A stretch of DNA of 63,822 bases, filler included, from Octopus bimaculoides (lineage: Eukaryota), in assembly GCF_001194135.2 (NCBI RefSeq). It is 7 parts of 6 records of this genome, joined end to end, with 100 filler letters (N's around TTAATTAATTAA, not from the genome) between each part and the next. Parts side by side here need not be neighbours in the genome. Positions count along the whole stretch, not along the records: positions 62,724 to 63,822 come from NW_026418654.1; 6 more parts are not named here. One strand, written 5' to 3'. The position numbers and the translations under genes are program-made. Positions 63,667 to 63,822 of this stretch are shown here, in pieces. Every line of letters starts with the position of its first letter. The stretch's first letter is position 1. Under the pieces are notes generated by a model. The model did no database searches, was not told where the DNA came from, and worked only from the letters and a program-made list of their open reading frames with translations.

Positions 63667-63822
63667 TTGACTAAGTAAGGTAAATAACTCCTCGAAAGGT
63701 GATGTGGGTTATTTTCCCTGAAATGTCTTTAACGCTTATGAGAGGCTTAGATACAAGAGGAAAGTCTAAGATGCAGCTATATCAGATGTCTGTGTTGATA
63801 TGTTGTTCTAGTTAGGTGAAAA

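Overview
Eukaryotic, AT-rich draft-assembly DNA dominated by repeats, with many N gaps. The repeat families and extreme (CA/TA/CATA/CTAT/AAT/AAG)n density suggest a cephalopod, probably Octopus (inference). Almost all ORFs in the supplied track are microsatellite or N-run artefacts. The real content is a dense layer of mobile elements: at least three tRNA-derived SINE families; R4/Dong-type, RTE, CR1 and Tx1/L1 LINE remnants, including a ~3.1 kb nearly full-length R4/Dong copy; four Penelope-like element (PLE) remnants; a full-length decayed DD34D mariner with TIRs and TA TSD nested inside a SINE; a second mariner fragment; a Merlin transposase relic; a hAT-type MITE with an 8-bp TSD; and a long-TIR MITE. 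One plausible host coding exon was found (13207-13372, minus; WD40, NEDD1-like N-terminus) beside a CpG-rich promoter-like stretch. Six identical N44-TTAATTAATTAA-N44 linkers are artificial joins, so adjacency across them is unproven. I cannot demonstrate a new biological system. The best leads are: (1) a nearly complete type I hammerhead ribozyme at 45443-45516 in an apparently solo PLE-type terminal repeat, plus three degenerate hammerhead-like motifs; (2) (TAA)n arrays acting as shared landing pads for Dong LINEs and one SINE family; (3) a MITE carrying octamer and CCAAT motifs in both TIRs. All family assignments come from motif recognition by eye; no database search or folding was run.
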